DNA of 64,000 nucleotides from an uncultured Verrucomicrobiae bacterium. GTDB taxonomy: Bacteria; Verrucomicrobiota; Verrucomicrobiia; Verrucomicrobiales; Akkermansiaceae. Shown here piece by piece: positions 40,770 through 51,456 of the stretch. Each line of letters opens with the position of its first letter. Positions within the stretch are counted from its first letter, which is position 1. Location of the stretch: the NCBI GenBank assembly GCA_963758175.1, contig CAVWUI010000010.1, forward strand, positions 12,627 to 76,626. Direction: 5' to 3'. The notes below the pieces were generated by a model. The model was not told where the DNA came from. It searched no databases and saw nothing but the letters and a program-made list of their open reading frames with translations. Position numbers and translations under genes: made by a program.

Positions 40770-41318
40770 GAAAGCATCCACTGATCTCCGCGGCTCTTCT
40801 GGCGGTGCTGGTGATCACAGCATATTTTCTGGGAAAACCTTCGGTAAGCAAACCCGCTCCCGCTCCACATCTACCGAAACAGGATGCTACGATCCCGAGA
40901 ACTCCGGTCACTCCCGGCACGGTCGCTGTTTCACCCCCCGCCTCCGGAGATTTGTCAGGGATTCCACCGCATCCGAACGCCGTGGCTTTCGGAATGGGTT
41001 CTTCCGGAGCAGAGGAAGAGCCGCGACAGCTTCTCGTTCTCTTCGACTTCTACCGGGAAACCTTCGGTAGCTTCCCCAGCGGGGAGGACAACGCCCAGTT
41101 CATGAATGCCCTGCGCGGCGCGAACCCCGACCGACTTTCCATATTCCCGCAAACCCATCCCCGACTCAACCGGGACGGCGAACTTCTCGACCACTGGGGC
41201 AGCCCGTTCTTTTTCCACCAGATTTCCGCGGATCACATCGAGATCACTTCCCCCGGCCCAGGATCGTGAGATTTTCACCGGGGACGATATCACCGCCCCA
41301 AACCGCGGGAACCAATAG
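40766..41318 (+). CDS. GspG C-terminal-domain-like protein, frameshift at about 41260
   Basis: N-terminal TM helix without a prepilin motif; YRETFGSFP...LLDHWGSPFFF...ITSPGPD(REIFTGDDI) matches the DPWG/SxGPD..DDI pattern; ATGA overlap. Confidence 0.7.
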
Positions 41319-41370
41319 AAAAGGCGAGCCATGCGACCCGCCCCCGTTAAGCTGTCTTTCGGAAGAGGAA

Positions 41371-41691
41371 TCAGCCTCCGATTTCCGTGCGCCCACAGAG
41401 TTGGGCGCCTTCCTCCATGGAGAAAACCTTCGATTTGATGTCGCCATTGATCTTGGACTTGTCTTTCAGCTCGCAACGTTGCGAGGTGATCTTTCCCTCG
41501 ACGTTGCCATAGACCTTCACGTCTCCGGCGGTCACATCGCCTTTGACCATCGCGTTCTCGCCGATGGTGACCTTCCCTTTGTCCGAGGTGATTTCCCCCT
41601 CGATTTTCCCATCGACGATCATGTCGTTGGAGAAACGGATTGAGCCGATGATTTCGATTCCGGAAGAGAGGACGTTCGTAGCGTTTGCCAT
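41371..41691 (-). CDS. Bactofilin (polymer-forming cytoskeletal protein)
   Basis: IVDGKIEGEI, VKGDV, VYGNVEGKI, INGDI..MEEGAQLCG beta-helix repeats. Confidence 0.92.
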   Translation of the reverse strand: MANATNVLSSGIEIIGSIRFSNDMIVDGKIEGEITSDKGKVTIGENAMVKGDVTAGDVKVYGNVEGKITSQRCELKDKSKINGDIKSKVFSMEEGAQLCGRTEIGG

Positions 41692-41819
41692 AGCGGCGAA
41701 AGAAAATCAGATGCGCATCCCGATGGCAATGGCAAAGAATTTGTGAAATTGGCGCGATTTCAGATGCACGATTGGAAAATTTCGCGTTAGAAAGGGCAAA
41801 AGCCAATCGTTTACCTCCC

Positions 41820-42404
41820 ATGCCCCGAGTCATCATCACCGTCCCCGACAAGAGCGCCCAGCCCTACCGCTTCAAACTCGATCGCGAGGTCGTCAGCCTG
41901 GGGCGGGGGAGCGACAATGACATAGTGATCGACAGTGGTTCGGTCTCCGGCACTCACGCCCGGATGCGCCGCGTGGAGGGTGGCTACGAACTCACGGACG
42001 CCGGTTCGACCAACGGGATCAAGTTTGACGGAGAGCGCCAGCAGACGATCCCACTCCGCTCGGGGATGTCCGTGAAACTAGGCGACGTTTCTTTCGATTT
42101 CACCCTCTCGGAGGAGGAGCTGGATGCTCTGGGTGTCGAGAAAACACCGACGCTCCCGCCGCTTCCGGATGAACCCGGGAAGGAGACCCGACCGAAAAAG
42201 AAATCAAGGAGAGACGCCGATACTCCACAGCGCAGCCAGGTGGTCGTTCACCAGTCGGCGGGCGGGGGTATCGGGATGTTCCTGCTCTTCATAGTTCTTG
42301 CCGCCGCATGTTTCTTCGCGGGTCTCGCGATCCGGCACGAGAAGGAGACCGGCGAGTCGCTCATCAAGGCGATGGCGAACAAGGAAGACGTGGAGAAGGA
42401 GTAA
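41820..42404 (+). CDS. FHA-domain membrane protein
   Basis: LGR..DNDIVI...VSGTHA...DAGSTNG; C-terminal TM helix. Confidence 0.9.
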   Translation: MPRVIITVPDKSAQPYRFKLDREVVSLGRGSDNDIVIDSGSVSGTHARMRRVEGGYELTDAGSTNGIKFDGERQQTIPLRSGMSVKLGDVSFDFTLSEEELDALGVEKTPTLPPLPDEPGKETRPKKKSRRDADTPQRSQVVVHQSAGGGIGMFLLFIVLAAACFFAGLAIRHEKETGESLIKAMANKEDVEKE

Positions 42405-42410
42405 AACGGG

Positions 42411-42468
42411 GAGCCGTCCTTTCAGGCGGCAGCGCAGAATGGGAAGAAGCCGCCTGATGGGACGGCTT
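42411..42468. terminator. Long inverted repeat between the convergent FHA and ychF genes
   Basis: AGCCGTCC..TCAGGCGGC / GCCGCCTGA..GGACGGCT. Confidence 0.6.
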
Positions 42469-42475
42469 TCCATCA

Positions 42476-43591
42476 TCAGACGTTGAATCGGAACTCGATG
42501 ACGTCCCCGTCTTTCACGACATATTCCTTTCCCTCGATCCGCAGCTTCCCGGCGGTCTTCGCCGCCGCCTTGCTACCGGCCGCCACGAAATCATCGTAGT
42601 GCGCCACCTCCGCGGCGATGAATCCGCGCTCGAAATCCGTATGGATCACGCCCGCCGCCGCCGGAGCCTTGTCGCCCTCCGTGATTGTCCACGCCCTGGT
42701 CTCCTGCACGCCGGTCGTGAGATACGTGCGCAGTCCGAGAAGGTGGTAGACGCCGCGTATCAGTCCGGAAACACCGGAGTCTTTCACCCCCATGTCGGCC
42801 AGGAACTCCGCCGCGTCCGCAGGATCAAGGTCTGAGAGTTCCTCCTCGATCTGGGCGGAAATGACCACCGCTTCCGCCCCGGAGTGCTCCGAGGCGAATT
42901 CGCGGACTTTCGCGACAAGCTCGTGGGAGTCGGGATTCCCAGCCGCCCCCGCCAGCTCTGATTCCGAGACGTTGCAGGCATAGATGGTTTTTTTCGAAGA
43001 CAGCAGGAAAAAGCCTTTCACGATCTCCGCGTCATCATCCGAGAACGGTATGGTCAGCGCAGGCTTGCCCGCGTCGAGGTGGGGCATGATCACATCGATC
43101 AGCTCCACTTCCTTCTTCGATTCCTTGTCCCCTCCCTTGGCCTTCTTCTCGCGGGACGTCCGGCGTTTCTCCATCGCCGCCATGTCGGCGAGAATCAGCT
43201 CCGCATTGATGATCTCGATGTCGCGTATCGGATCGACCGATCCCAACTCGTGGATGATGTCGTCGTTTTCAAAACAACGCACGACCTGGACGATGGCGTC
43301 GGTCTCGCGGATGTTCGCGAGGAACTTGTTCCCCAGCCCCGCGCCTTCGGAGGCTCCCTCCACAAGACCCGCGATATCAACGAACTCGATGGCGGTCGGC
43401 ACCAGCTTCTGAGAACCGGAGATTTTGGAAAGCACCGCCAGCCTCTCGTCCGGAACCACGACGATGCCGACGTTCGGATCGATCGTGCAGAAAGGATAGT
43501 TGGCCGCCTCCGCCTTGCGGGTGCGGGTGAGGGCGTTGAAGAGTGTTGATTTTCCGACGTTCGGTAGGCCTACGATTCCAGCTTTGAGCAT
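42476..43591 (-). CDS. ychF: Redox-regulated ATPase YchF
   Basis: GIVGLPNVGKST, NYPFCTIDPN, DIAGLV, IHTDFERGFI, EGKEYVVKDGD. Confidence 0.97.
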   Translation of the reverse strand: MLKAGIVGLPNVGKSTLFNALTRTRKAEAANYPFCTIDPNVGIVVVPDERLAVLSKISGSQKLVPTAIEFVDIAGLVEGASEGAGLGNKFLANIRETDAIVQVVRCFENDDIIHELGSVDPIRDIEIINAELILADMAAMEKRRTSREKKAKGGDKESKKEVELIDVIMPHLDAGKPALTIPFSDDDAEIVKGFFLLSSKKTIYACNVSESELAGAAGNPDSHELVAKVREFASEHSGAEAVVISAQIEEELSDLDPADAAEFLADMGVKDSGVSGLIRGVYHLLGLRTYLTTGVQETRAWTITEGDKAPAAAGVIHTDFERGFIAAEVAHYDDFVAAGSKAAAKTAGKLRIEGKEYVVKDGDVIEFRFNV

Positions 43592-43721
43592 AGCGGGCGG
43601 AGATTGCGCGGGGGGAGCGGAAATAACAAAGCCCAAAATGAGAAATCAGGAAGTTAGGGTTTGCGCTCCCGCACCCAACGCAAGGGGTGAAGATTCTTCG
43701 GAAAAATCGGATATTTCCCGG

Positions 43722-43751
43722 TTGACAGTCCGCAGGAGGACTGACTAAGTT
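43722..43751 (+). promoter_or_regulatory. sigma70 promoter of rplM-rpsI
   Basis: TTGACA, 18 nt, TAAGTT, then GC-rich discriminator CCGCGCC. Confidence 0.65.
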
Positions 43752-43813
43752 CCGCGCCCCTTCGGACGGGGACGCCTGATCGCGCCCCGCCGCAGACCAT
43801 TCCCATTACAGAA

Positions 43814-44245
43814 ATGAAGACATTTTCCGCCAAGCCACACGAAGTCGAACGCAAATGGTATGTGATCGACGCGAAAGGCAAAGTTCTCGGCCAGGTCGCC
43901 GTGGAAGCCGCGCGCCTGCTCCGGGGCAAGAACAAGCCGACCTTTACCTCCCATGTGGACACAGGTGATTTCGTGGTCGTGACCAACGCCGAACACGTTG
44001 TCTTCACCGGCACGAAAGAGACGGACAAGATCTACACGCGTTTCTCCGGATACGTCGGTGGCAAAAAGGTCGAGACTCCAAGGAAACTTCGTGAGCGTCG
44101 TCCGACACTTCTAGTAGAGAAGGCCGTCTGGGGCATGATCCCGAAGACCCGCCTCGGCCGCGCCCAGTTCGGGAAACTCAAGGTCTACGCAGGCGCCGAG
44201 CATCCGCACGAAGCCCAGGATCCTACCGTCCACGAAGTCCGCTAA
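43814..44245 (+). CDS. rplM: 50S ribosomal protein L13
   Basis: [15 protein letters not shown]...[15 protein letters not shown]. Confidence 0.98.
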   Translation: MKTFSAKPHEVERKWYVIDAKGKVLGQVAVEAARLLRGKNKPTFTSHVDTGDFVVVTNAEHVVFTGTKETDKIYTRFSGYVGGKKVETPRKLRERRPTLLVEKAVWGMIPKTRLGRAQFGKLKVYAGAEHPHEAQDPTVHEVR

Positions 44246-44269
44246 CTCAAATTTTCAGAAAATCATCGT

Positions 44270-44665
44270 ATGCCAGCTACCGCCACACAGAGCTCCACCG
44301 GTCGTCGCAAGACCGCCGTCGCCCGCGCATGGGTCACCGAAGGTTCCGGTGAGATCACCATCAACGGACTTTCCTTCGAGGATTACCTCCCGACTCTCGA
44401 TCTGCAGAACGCGGTTATCGCGCCTTTCCAGATCGTCAACATGGTCAACAAATTCGATGTGAAAGTCGTGGTCAAGGGTGGTGGCAAGCACGCCCAGGCG
44501 ATCGCGATCCGCCACGCGGTTTCCCGCTCTCTGACAAAGTTCGATCCGGAGAACCGCAAGCTTATCAAGCCGGAAGGTTTCCTCACCCGTGATCCACGGA
44601 TGAAGGAGCGCAAGAAGCCAGGCCAGCCTGGTGCCCGCGCACGCTTCCAGTTCTCCAAGCGTTGA
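44270..44665 (+). CDS. rpsI: 30S ribosomal protein S9
   Basis: TGRRKTAVAR, LTRDPRMKERKKPG, QFSKR. Confidence 0.98.
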   Translation: MPATATQSSTGRRKTAVARAWVTEGSGEITINGLSFEDYLPTLDLQNAVIAPFQIVNMVNKFDVKVVVKGGGKHAQAIAIRHAVSRSLTKFDPENRKLIKPEGFLTRDPRMKERKKPGQPGARARFQFSKR

Positions 44666-44691
44666 TCGCGAACGAAAGCCATTCCCAGGAG

Positions 44692-44718
44692 AGCCGCGTC
44701 AAACGATGCGGCTTTTTT
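44692..44718 (+). terminator. Rho-independent terminator after rpsI
   Basis: agccgcgtc-aaac-gatgcggct followed by a T-tract. Confidence 0.85.
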
Positions 44719-44846
44719 GTGGAGTGGTGGTGCCTCGGCCGCCCGTGAACAGATCATGTAGCCAGATCCGACCTACCTTCTCCTTCAGAATTCCCGCAAC
44801 TTTTCCGCTCGCCAGCTGTTCATCCCGCGCAGAGATTTTTAAAACG

Positions 44847-46211
44847 ATGAAAACCAGTATTTTGATTCCAGGTGTGGCACTTGCCATCGGACTAGGTGTG
44901 GGCTTTGGCATAGGCAAGGGAGGGGACGGGAATTCCGATGTCAGTCAGGATTCCGGTACCGAGATAAGGACTCGCGCGAATGATCGTGGAGTGGAGAGCC
45001 AGACAGGCGGTGACCGCAAAGCCAAAGCCCGTAGCCTCGATGAAATCTACCGCCAGCCCGGCCAGAGTAGTCGCGTCCAGGCCATGCTCGATTTCTACTC
45101 GAACCTGGGGCCGGGCGAATTCCAATCCGAGGCTGAGAAGCTGGACTCCCTTCCGTTCAACGAACGCCTCCTCGCTTCGGTTCTGCTTTTCGGGAAATGG
45201 GCTGAGGTCGATCCCACCGCCGCGATGGCATTCACCGATACGATGGGAATGGCCGGAGGTTTCGTCAGACCCACGGTTCTCCAGGGCTGGGCAAGCTCGG
45301 ATCCTGTCAATGCAGCGAAATACTACACCGAAAATCCCGCCCAGTTCGCCATGATGAACATGATGGGGGGACGCGGTGGACGAGGTATGGGCATGCAGGG
45401 GCCTGGAGGAATCATCGCCGGAGAATGGGCGAAGCAGGATCCCGCAGCGGCGATGGACTGGGCGAAGGGTCTGAAAACGAACAGCGCCGAGGCAATGACC
45501 TCTGTTGTTTCCGAGGTCGCGAAGACGGATCCCAGAAAGGCGGCTGAGATGGTTGGTTCGATGGACGAGGCCTCGCGCGGTGGCGCATACGAAACGATCG
45601 CCAGGCAATGGGGGGCGGAGAATTTCACCGAGGCTCAGGCCTGGGCGAACACTCTTCCGGAAGACCAGCGGGGCGCGGCCATGGCCTCGGCGATCGCAGG
45701 TCTTGCCCAGAACAGTCCCGAGCTCGCGGCCAGTGAGATAGGTAAGATGACCGACACGGATGCCAGGAGGAACGCGATTCCCATCGTTGCGAAAAACTAC
45801 GCTCGTGAGGATGTTCGCGGATCGATGGACTGGCTGAACAGTCTCCAGGATGACGGCGCGAAGAGCGATTCCATGCGCGAGGTCATGCCGATATGGGCCG
45901 CCGCCGACAGCGAAGCGGCTCTCGATTTCGTGAAATCACAGACGTCGCCTTCAGTGAAGGACAGCGCGGCCCAGCGTTACGTTTGGAGCAACCGCACGTC
46001 CTCTCCTCAGGAACTCATGGAAGTCGCCGGGCTAATTTCCGACGAGCGCGACAGGGGACGCACGACAGGTGTGGTCGCCGCCCGCTGGCTGCAGGAGGAT
46101 AAGGCTGCCGCCACAAGTTTCATCAACTCCAGCGACGCCATCAACCAGGACATGAAAGACCGCCTTCTAAGCGGCGGTGGGATGTGGGGGGGCAGGGGAC
46201 GGGGGCGTTGA
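44847..46211 (+). CDS. Hypothetical N-anchored helical-repeat protein
   Basis: N-terminal GLGVGFGIG anchor; repeats of W-x3-DP-xAA-x2-[WFY]; Gly/Arg-rich insert and tail. Confidence 0.8.
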   Translation: MKTSILIPGVALAIGLGVGFGIGKGGDGNSDVSQDSGTEIRTRANDRGVESQTGGDRKAKARSLDEIYRQPGQSSRVQAMLDFYSNLGPGEFQSEAEKLDSLPFNERLLASVLLFGKWAEVDPTAAMAFTDTMGMAGGFVRPTVLQGWASSDPVNAAKYYTENPAQFAMMNMMGGRGGRGMGMQGPGGIIAGEWAKQDPAAAMDWAKGLKTNSAEAMTSVVSEVAKTDPRKAAEMVGSMDEASRGGAYETIARQWGAENFTEAQAWANTLPEDQRGAAMASAIAGLAQNSPELAASEIGKMTDTDARRNAIPIVAKNYAREDVRGSMDWLNSLQDDGAKSDSMREVMPIWAAADSEAALDFVKSQTSPSVKDSAAQRYVWSNRTSSPQELMEVAGLISDERDRGRTTGVVAARWLQEDKAAATSFINSSDAINQDMKDRLLSGGGMWGGRGRGR

Positions 46212-46318
46212 TCCGTCGACCATTTGCCCCACGCCAGATCGTGAGGTAGTCGTGCGGATCCGATCCCCAGATCCAGCGACATTCCTCACATATATCTCTC
46301 CATTTGCCCCGGGTGGGA

Positions 46319-46795
46319 TTATGGAGACACCGCGAGCCTGTCGGTCTCCGGTTCGGACTCGAAGAGAAAGCCGTTCTCCTTGTATGTTTTGAGACGGAAA
46401 TGGGTTGCGGTTGAGAGGACACCATCCAGCGAAGAGAGTTTTTCTGAAACGAAACGGGCAATGTCACGGAGATCGGCTCCTTCGACGACGACCATGAGAT
46501 CGTAGCCACCGCTGGCGAGATAGCAGGAAACGACCTGGTCGAAGCGGGCGATACGGATCGCGAGTCTGTCAAAGCCGCCGCCCCGCTCCGGTGTGAGACG
46601 GACCTCGATGAACGCCGTGACCGAGGTATCGCCTATGGTCTCCGGATTGGTCACCGCGTGATAACCGAGAATGGTGCGGTCTTTCTCCCAACCGGAAATT
46701 TTTTCGGCCACTTCGGATTCCGTGGAGTTGATGAGGTCGGCGAGTTCCTGATAGGATGCGCGCGCCTTGCGGCGTAGTAGGTGAAGGAGTTTCAT
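46319..46795 (-). CDS. Lrp/AsnC family regulator
   Basis: ARASYQELA HTH, ILGY, V..CY..SGGYDL. Confidence 0.9.
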   Translation of the reverse strand: MKLLHLLRRKARASYQELADLINSTESEVAEKISGWEKDRTILGYHAVTNPETIGDTSVTAFIEVRLTPERGGGFDRLAIRIARFDQVVSCYLASGGYDLMVVVEGADLRDIARFVSEKLSSLDGVLSTATHFRLKTYKENGFLFESEPETDRLAVSP

Positions 46796-46820
46796 TTGAA
46801 AATTTTAATCAGTGGGAGAG

Positions 46821-47255
46821 CTACGGTTGCTTTGCAAGCAGATCGCGGATTTCGGTGAGCAGCTCTTCTTCTTTCGAAAGTTTCGGAAGAGCGGCGGGCT
46901 TCTGTTCCACCTCATCCTTCTTGATGGAGGCCAGGACTTTCTTGACCAGGATGAAGACGGCGAGCGCGAGTAGGATGAAAGATATGCCGTCAGTGATGAA
47001 CTGCCCGTAGCCAATAACCGGTTCTCCCGCCTCGAGAGCCTCCTTGTAGGGAACCGGGTTCCTGTTATCGGGGAAATTGAGATTGATATACATCTCGCTG
47101 AAGTTGATGCCTCCGGTGAGCTTGCCGAGGGCGGGCATGAACACGTTTTCCACAAGGGATTTCACGACTGTCCCGAAGGCACCGCCGATAATGATGCCAA
47201 CGGCCATGTCGATGAGGTTCCCTTTGAAGGCGAACTCTTTGAATTCTTTAAGCAT
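46821..47255 (-). CDS. mscL: Large-conductance mechanosensitive channel
   Basis: MLKEFKEFAFKGNLIDMAVGIIIGGAFG; LLTEIRDLL. Confidence 0.97.
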   Translation of the reverse strand: MLKEFKEFAFKGNLIDMAVGIIIGGAFGTVVKSLVENVFMPALGKLTGGINFSEMYINLNFPDNRNPVPYKEALEAGEPVIGYGQFITDGISFILLALAVFILVKKVLASIKKDEVEQKPAALPKLSKEEELLTEIRDLLAKQP

Positions 47256-47334
47256 GTCTGGTTGAAGGGGGCTTGTTGCCGTGGGTGAATAGCAACCGTG
47301 GCGCCGTGGTGCAAATGAAATGGCAGCAGCCAGG

Positions 47335-50290
47335 TTATTTGAGAAGGGCTTCCAACTCGGATGCCGACCATGCGGGGGCATCGGTGGGCGAGCCTGATTC
47401 GTCGAGTGAGGCTGCCAAGGCCTTCTTCGTGTTCTGGAGGCGGGTGACCTTTTCCTCCACGGTATCCCGAGTGAGTAGACGGAAGACGGTGACCGGTTTG
47501 GTCTGGCCGATACGGTGGGCGCGGTCGGTCGCCTGAGCTTCAGCGGCGGGATTCCACCAGGGATCAAAGTGGATGACGATGTCGGCGGCGGTAAGATTCA
47601 GTCCGTAGCCGCCGGCTTTCAGGGAAATGAGGAATACTGGGGTGGCCGTCATCCGCTTGAAATCTGTCAACCAGTCCCTGGCGGTCGCGGGTGCCACCAT
47701 CGAGTCGCAGGGAGGCTATGCCGGACGCGGTGAGTTGGGTCTCGATTTCCACAAGCTGCTTCTGGAACTGGGAGAATACGAGAAGCCGACTACCCGCGGC
47801 GATGGATTGCTCCGTGATTTCCAGCAGTCGCTCGAGCTTTGCGGAGCGCCGGGGTATGGGGAGTTTTTTGAGCTTTTCGGAATCGAACAGCGCAAGGTCA
47901 CAACAGGCCTGGCGGAGCCGCAGGAGAGTGGTGAGTGTCCGCATGCGCGCGGCCGCTGTCTGGCCGGAGTCGCGGGTTTCGTCTATCTTCCGCTGGCCTT
48001 CTTTTCGGATCTCCCGGTAAGTGGCGAGTTGCTCCTTGGAAAGAGTGCAGAACTCGTCGAGGTGAATCTTGGAAGGTAGTTCGGGTGCCACCTCCAGCTT
48101 GGTTCGACGGAGGACGAACGGGGAGGTTTTAAGCCTGAGCAATTGACTGGCACGACGAGATGTTTCGACCGATTTAAGCGGCTGTTCGTATTTTTCGTCA
48201 AACTGTTTTCTTGTACCCAGCCATCCGGGTTGGATGAAGCGGAAGATAGACCAGAGATCCCGTGCGGAATTCTCCACCGGAGTTCCTGTCAACGCGATGC
48301 GGAATTCGGAATTCAGTCGGGCTACCGCCTTGGAGTGATCCGTATCCGGATTGCGAATCAGAGAAGCCTCATCGATCACGGTGACCGAATATTCCTGCCG
48401 AAGATGATACGCCAGGTCTCGGGCAAGCGTAGCATAGGTGGTCAGGATTACATCGCCTGGAGCAATTGTTCCACGGAGCGAATCCCTTCTCGAACCGTGA
48501 AGCGTGATAATTTTGCGATTAGGCGCGAAGCGGGAGAATTCAGCGTTCCAGTTGCCCAGCAATGAGGTTGTGACGACGACCAGAGCAGGCTTAGGCAATG
48601 AACTTCTTGTGAGTAAATGTTCGATGCAAACGATTGTTTGAAGAGTCTTCCCCAGACCCATGTCATCGGCTAGAAGTGCTCCATGATAACGTCTCAAACG
48701 ATCCGCTAGCCACTGGAATCCTTCATTCTGGTAGGGTCTTAGTTCGGCGCAAACTGACGGCAACGGGACTTGGATAAGGGATCGTTCTTCGCTGGGAGAG
48801 GTGCTAGAATCCAGTCGATTATGCAGATTTTTACGAATTTCTAATACGATCTCAGCGGAAACGGATTTCGCTGTAAAACGGCCATTCTCCTGAAATACAT
48901 CGAGGTCTTCAAACAGTGGATCCAAAAGTTCCTCGATGTCGTCGGACAATACCAAGTGCTTGCCTTTGCAGCCGGGGGATGCGGAACCTCCCGATTGGAG
49001 TATTCGCCTGATCTCGGTTGTGGGTATCACTGAACCGTCAGAACCCTCGAATCGAAGATCGAATTCTGTGAAACGATCGTTTGATTGATGGATCTCGATT
49101 TTCGGAGATATAAGGACGAAACTGTCTGATAGCTTTTCAATGGCAGGACTGAGCACGATCCGCCAATCGGATGGAAGAGACGGTAATGTTCTGGTGAGGA
49201 GTCTCTGGATGAACGCGGGATTGGTAATTTCCTCCATACCAACAATTGTTTGAAATATCCAAGTGGCGTTCTTTTCGGCCGGACGGTTTGATGTGATCAG
49301 GGTAGTTCCCTCCAGTTTCGGAAGGTTTGAATCAGGGTATGAGAATGCGAAACTGGGCGTGATACGCTTTCCGTTTCCGTCAAGGGTCAGTTCGAACCGG
49401 GGTTTCGCTGGGACATAGTTGACGCTTGAGAACCAGCTTGAAGAAGAGAAATCCAAGAGAGATTGGAGACTTTCAATTTGTTCAAGGAATGTGCCGATTG
49501 GTATTTTCGAGATCCTGGAAGACGCTAGGGTTTCGACAATTCCGAGGAGGGGGGCGGGGATATGATCACTGCAGGAAAGCCTCTCAGAGTCGGATTTCCA
49601 GATACGGTCTCCTATCAAGGTGCCAACGATGTCAGCTGGGACGAGGTAAATCTTATCATCCATCGGGTAGCAGTCCGCCAGGCTGAGCTGGATTCCCGAG
49701 GTCATGGCGACAGCCGAGTCTCCGGCGGAAACGTTCGGGTGATCGCGGATGGCATTGAGGAACGGGGGCAATGTTTCCGGACTGAGTGCTAGCTGGGCAG
49801 TGGGTCGGGACGTCATTTTTTCGGCCACCAGCCATGCGGTCAGGCGTTCGTCGGCAGGTTCGGGAGCGCGGTCTTTATCGGGGGAGATCGCGACCGCCAG
49901 ATGGCCTTTTTCGAATGATCTCTGCCAAGGACCCTGCAGCCGGATTTTCCAAGCCAGTGGGGGAAGCTTGTTTCCAGGTCCGGTTTCGTGAGCCGGAGGA
50001 TAGGATTTCTTCGGTGGATTCGTGAGATGCAGGCCGGTGGCGATGGCATGGGGGCAGAGGATGCCTTCCCGCTGGTTTTGTGGGCAGGGACATTTGGCAT
50101 CGAACCATGTAGGTGTTCTCGCGACGACGCTGGCTCTGTAGGTTCGCTTTCCGACGCGTACGGAGCCGCGCCAGCCGTCCTTGGTCTCCTCGGATTCGAT
50201 CACGGCTCCCGTGTTGAGAAGTCCCTGGGCTTCCTTGAAATCCTGCCATGCTGCGGCTTTACGGAGGGCGTTTTCATCTATGGAAGGCAT
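47335..50290 (-). CDS. SWIM zinc-finger SNF2/SWI2 helicase, frameshift at about 47640
   Basis: CPC..CPH SWIM; [28 protein letters not shown]; C-terminal [31 protein letters not shown] in the next frame. Confidence 0.92.
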
Positions 50291-50396
50291 TTCGCCGGAA
50301 GAATGCCGATGCGTGGCGGGATATCAATGGAAAGCGGATCGGAGAGAATGGTTGGTTGAAATAACCGCGAAGAGTCCATCGTAGGTTTCCGGCAAG

Positions 50397-51452
50397 ATGG
50401 GATATTTGCAATATTTGGGGTTGGTTCTGGCGATGGGCATCGTGATTTCTCCGGTGCGTGGACAGCAGGAGGACGTTGCTCCGGAGGCGGTGGCTCCAGT
50501 AGCCGGGAAAACCATCAAGATCCTCACTGTGGGAAACAGTTTCGCGCGAGACGCGTCGACATTCCTCCCACAGATGGCCAAGGCTGGAGGTCATGAACTG
50601 CTGTTGTTCCAGGCAAACCCCGGCGGATGCACCTTGGAGAGGCATGCCGGGTGGATAAAGGCGCACGAACGTGATCCGGATGGTGCGGAAGGAAGGCCGT
50701 ATCCCGCGGCGTTTTCTCCCGGAAGAACCGATATCCCGCCTGGGAAAATGTATTCGCTGGCCGAGATCCTTGCCGAAGAAGAATGGGATTTCGTGACTAT
50801 CCAACAGTTGAGCAACCTGAGTTTCAAGGAGGAGAGCTTTGAGCCGTATGCGAAGACGGTGATCGATTGCATTCGGGAAAACGCTCCGGGAGCCGAGATT
50901 CTGATCCATCAGACGTGGGCGTATAGGGAAGACTATCCGGGTTTCTCCAAAGGGAAATTCACCCAGGAGAAAATGTTCGAAGAACTTGAGGCGAACTATG
51001 AGACCCTGGCGAAGCGATACGGTCTGCGGGTGATTCCGGTCGGAAAGGCCTTCCAGGAGGCAAGGAGTCAGCCAAGATGGACGTTCCGTTTCCCTGATCC
51101 GAAATTCGACTACAAATCTCCGAAATCCCGTGAACAGCCTGACCAGACCGGCAGCTTGAATATTGGCTGGACGGTTCAGAAGACAGTCAGGAAGGCTCCG
51201 AAAAATGCCGAAGATCCTGAGGCGGTGCCCGAGGACATCGTGACCTACAAGGCTTCCTTGGATTTCAAGCACTGCAATCTGGAGGGGCAGTTCCTAGGCG
51301 GCGCGGTGTGGTACGGTTTCCTGTTCGATGAGAAAGTTTCGGAAAATTCATTCCCGCCGCCGTGGGTTGACCCGGCGGATGCGGAGGGATTGCGCGCGAT
51401 CGCGGATCGCGTGCTCGAAAATTACGTGCAGCCGGCCTCCCCTAAAGAATAG
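50397..51452 (+). CDS. DUF4886-like SGNH-fold secreted protein
   Basis: Signal peptide; KILTVGNSF, WDFVTIQQ.S, HQTWAY, IPVG.A, D.KH. Confidence 0.8.
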   Translation: MGYLQYLGLVLAMGIVISPVRGQQEDVAPEAVAPVAGKTIKILTVGNSFARDASTFLPQMAKAGGHELLLFQANPGGCTLERHAGWIKAHERDPDGAEGRPYPAAFSPGRTDIPPGKMYSLAEILAEEEWDFVTIQQLSNLSFKEESFEPYAKTVIDCIRENAPGAEILIHQTWAYREDYPGFSKGKFTQEKMFEELEANYETLAKRYGLRVIPVGKAFQEARSQPRWTFRFPDPKFDYKSPKSREQPDQTGSLNIGWTVQKTVRKAPKNAEDPEAVPEDIVTYKASLDFKHCNLEGQFLGGAVWYGFLFDEKVSENSFPPPWVDPADAEGLRAIADRVLENYVQPASPKE

Positions 51453-51456
51453 ACGA

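Noticed and set aside
43752-43813. Possible structured L13 autoregulatory leader (CCCC-TTCG...GGGG)
   Set aside because: The hairpin is short and imperfect in GC-rich DNA and cannot be supported without a covariance model.
46319-50290. SNF2 helicase (with the distant EVE gene) as an anti-phage defence system
   Set aside because: No nuclease, methylase or other defence gene is adjacent; the neighbours are housekeeping genes (mscL, Lrp, argB).
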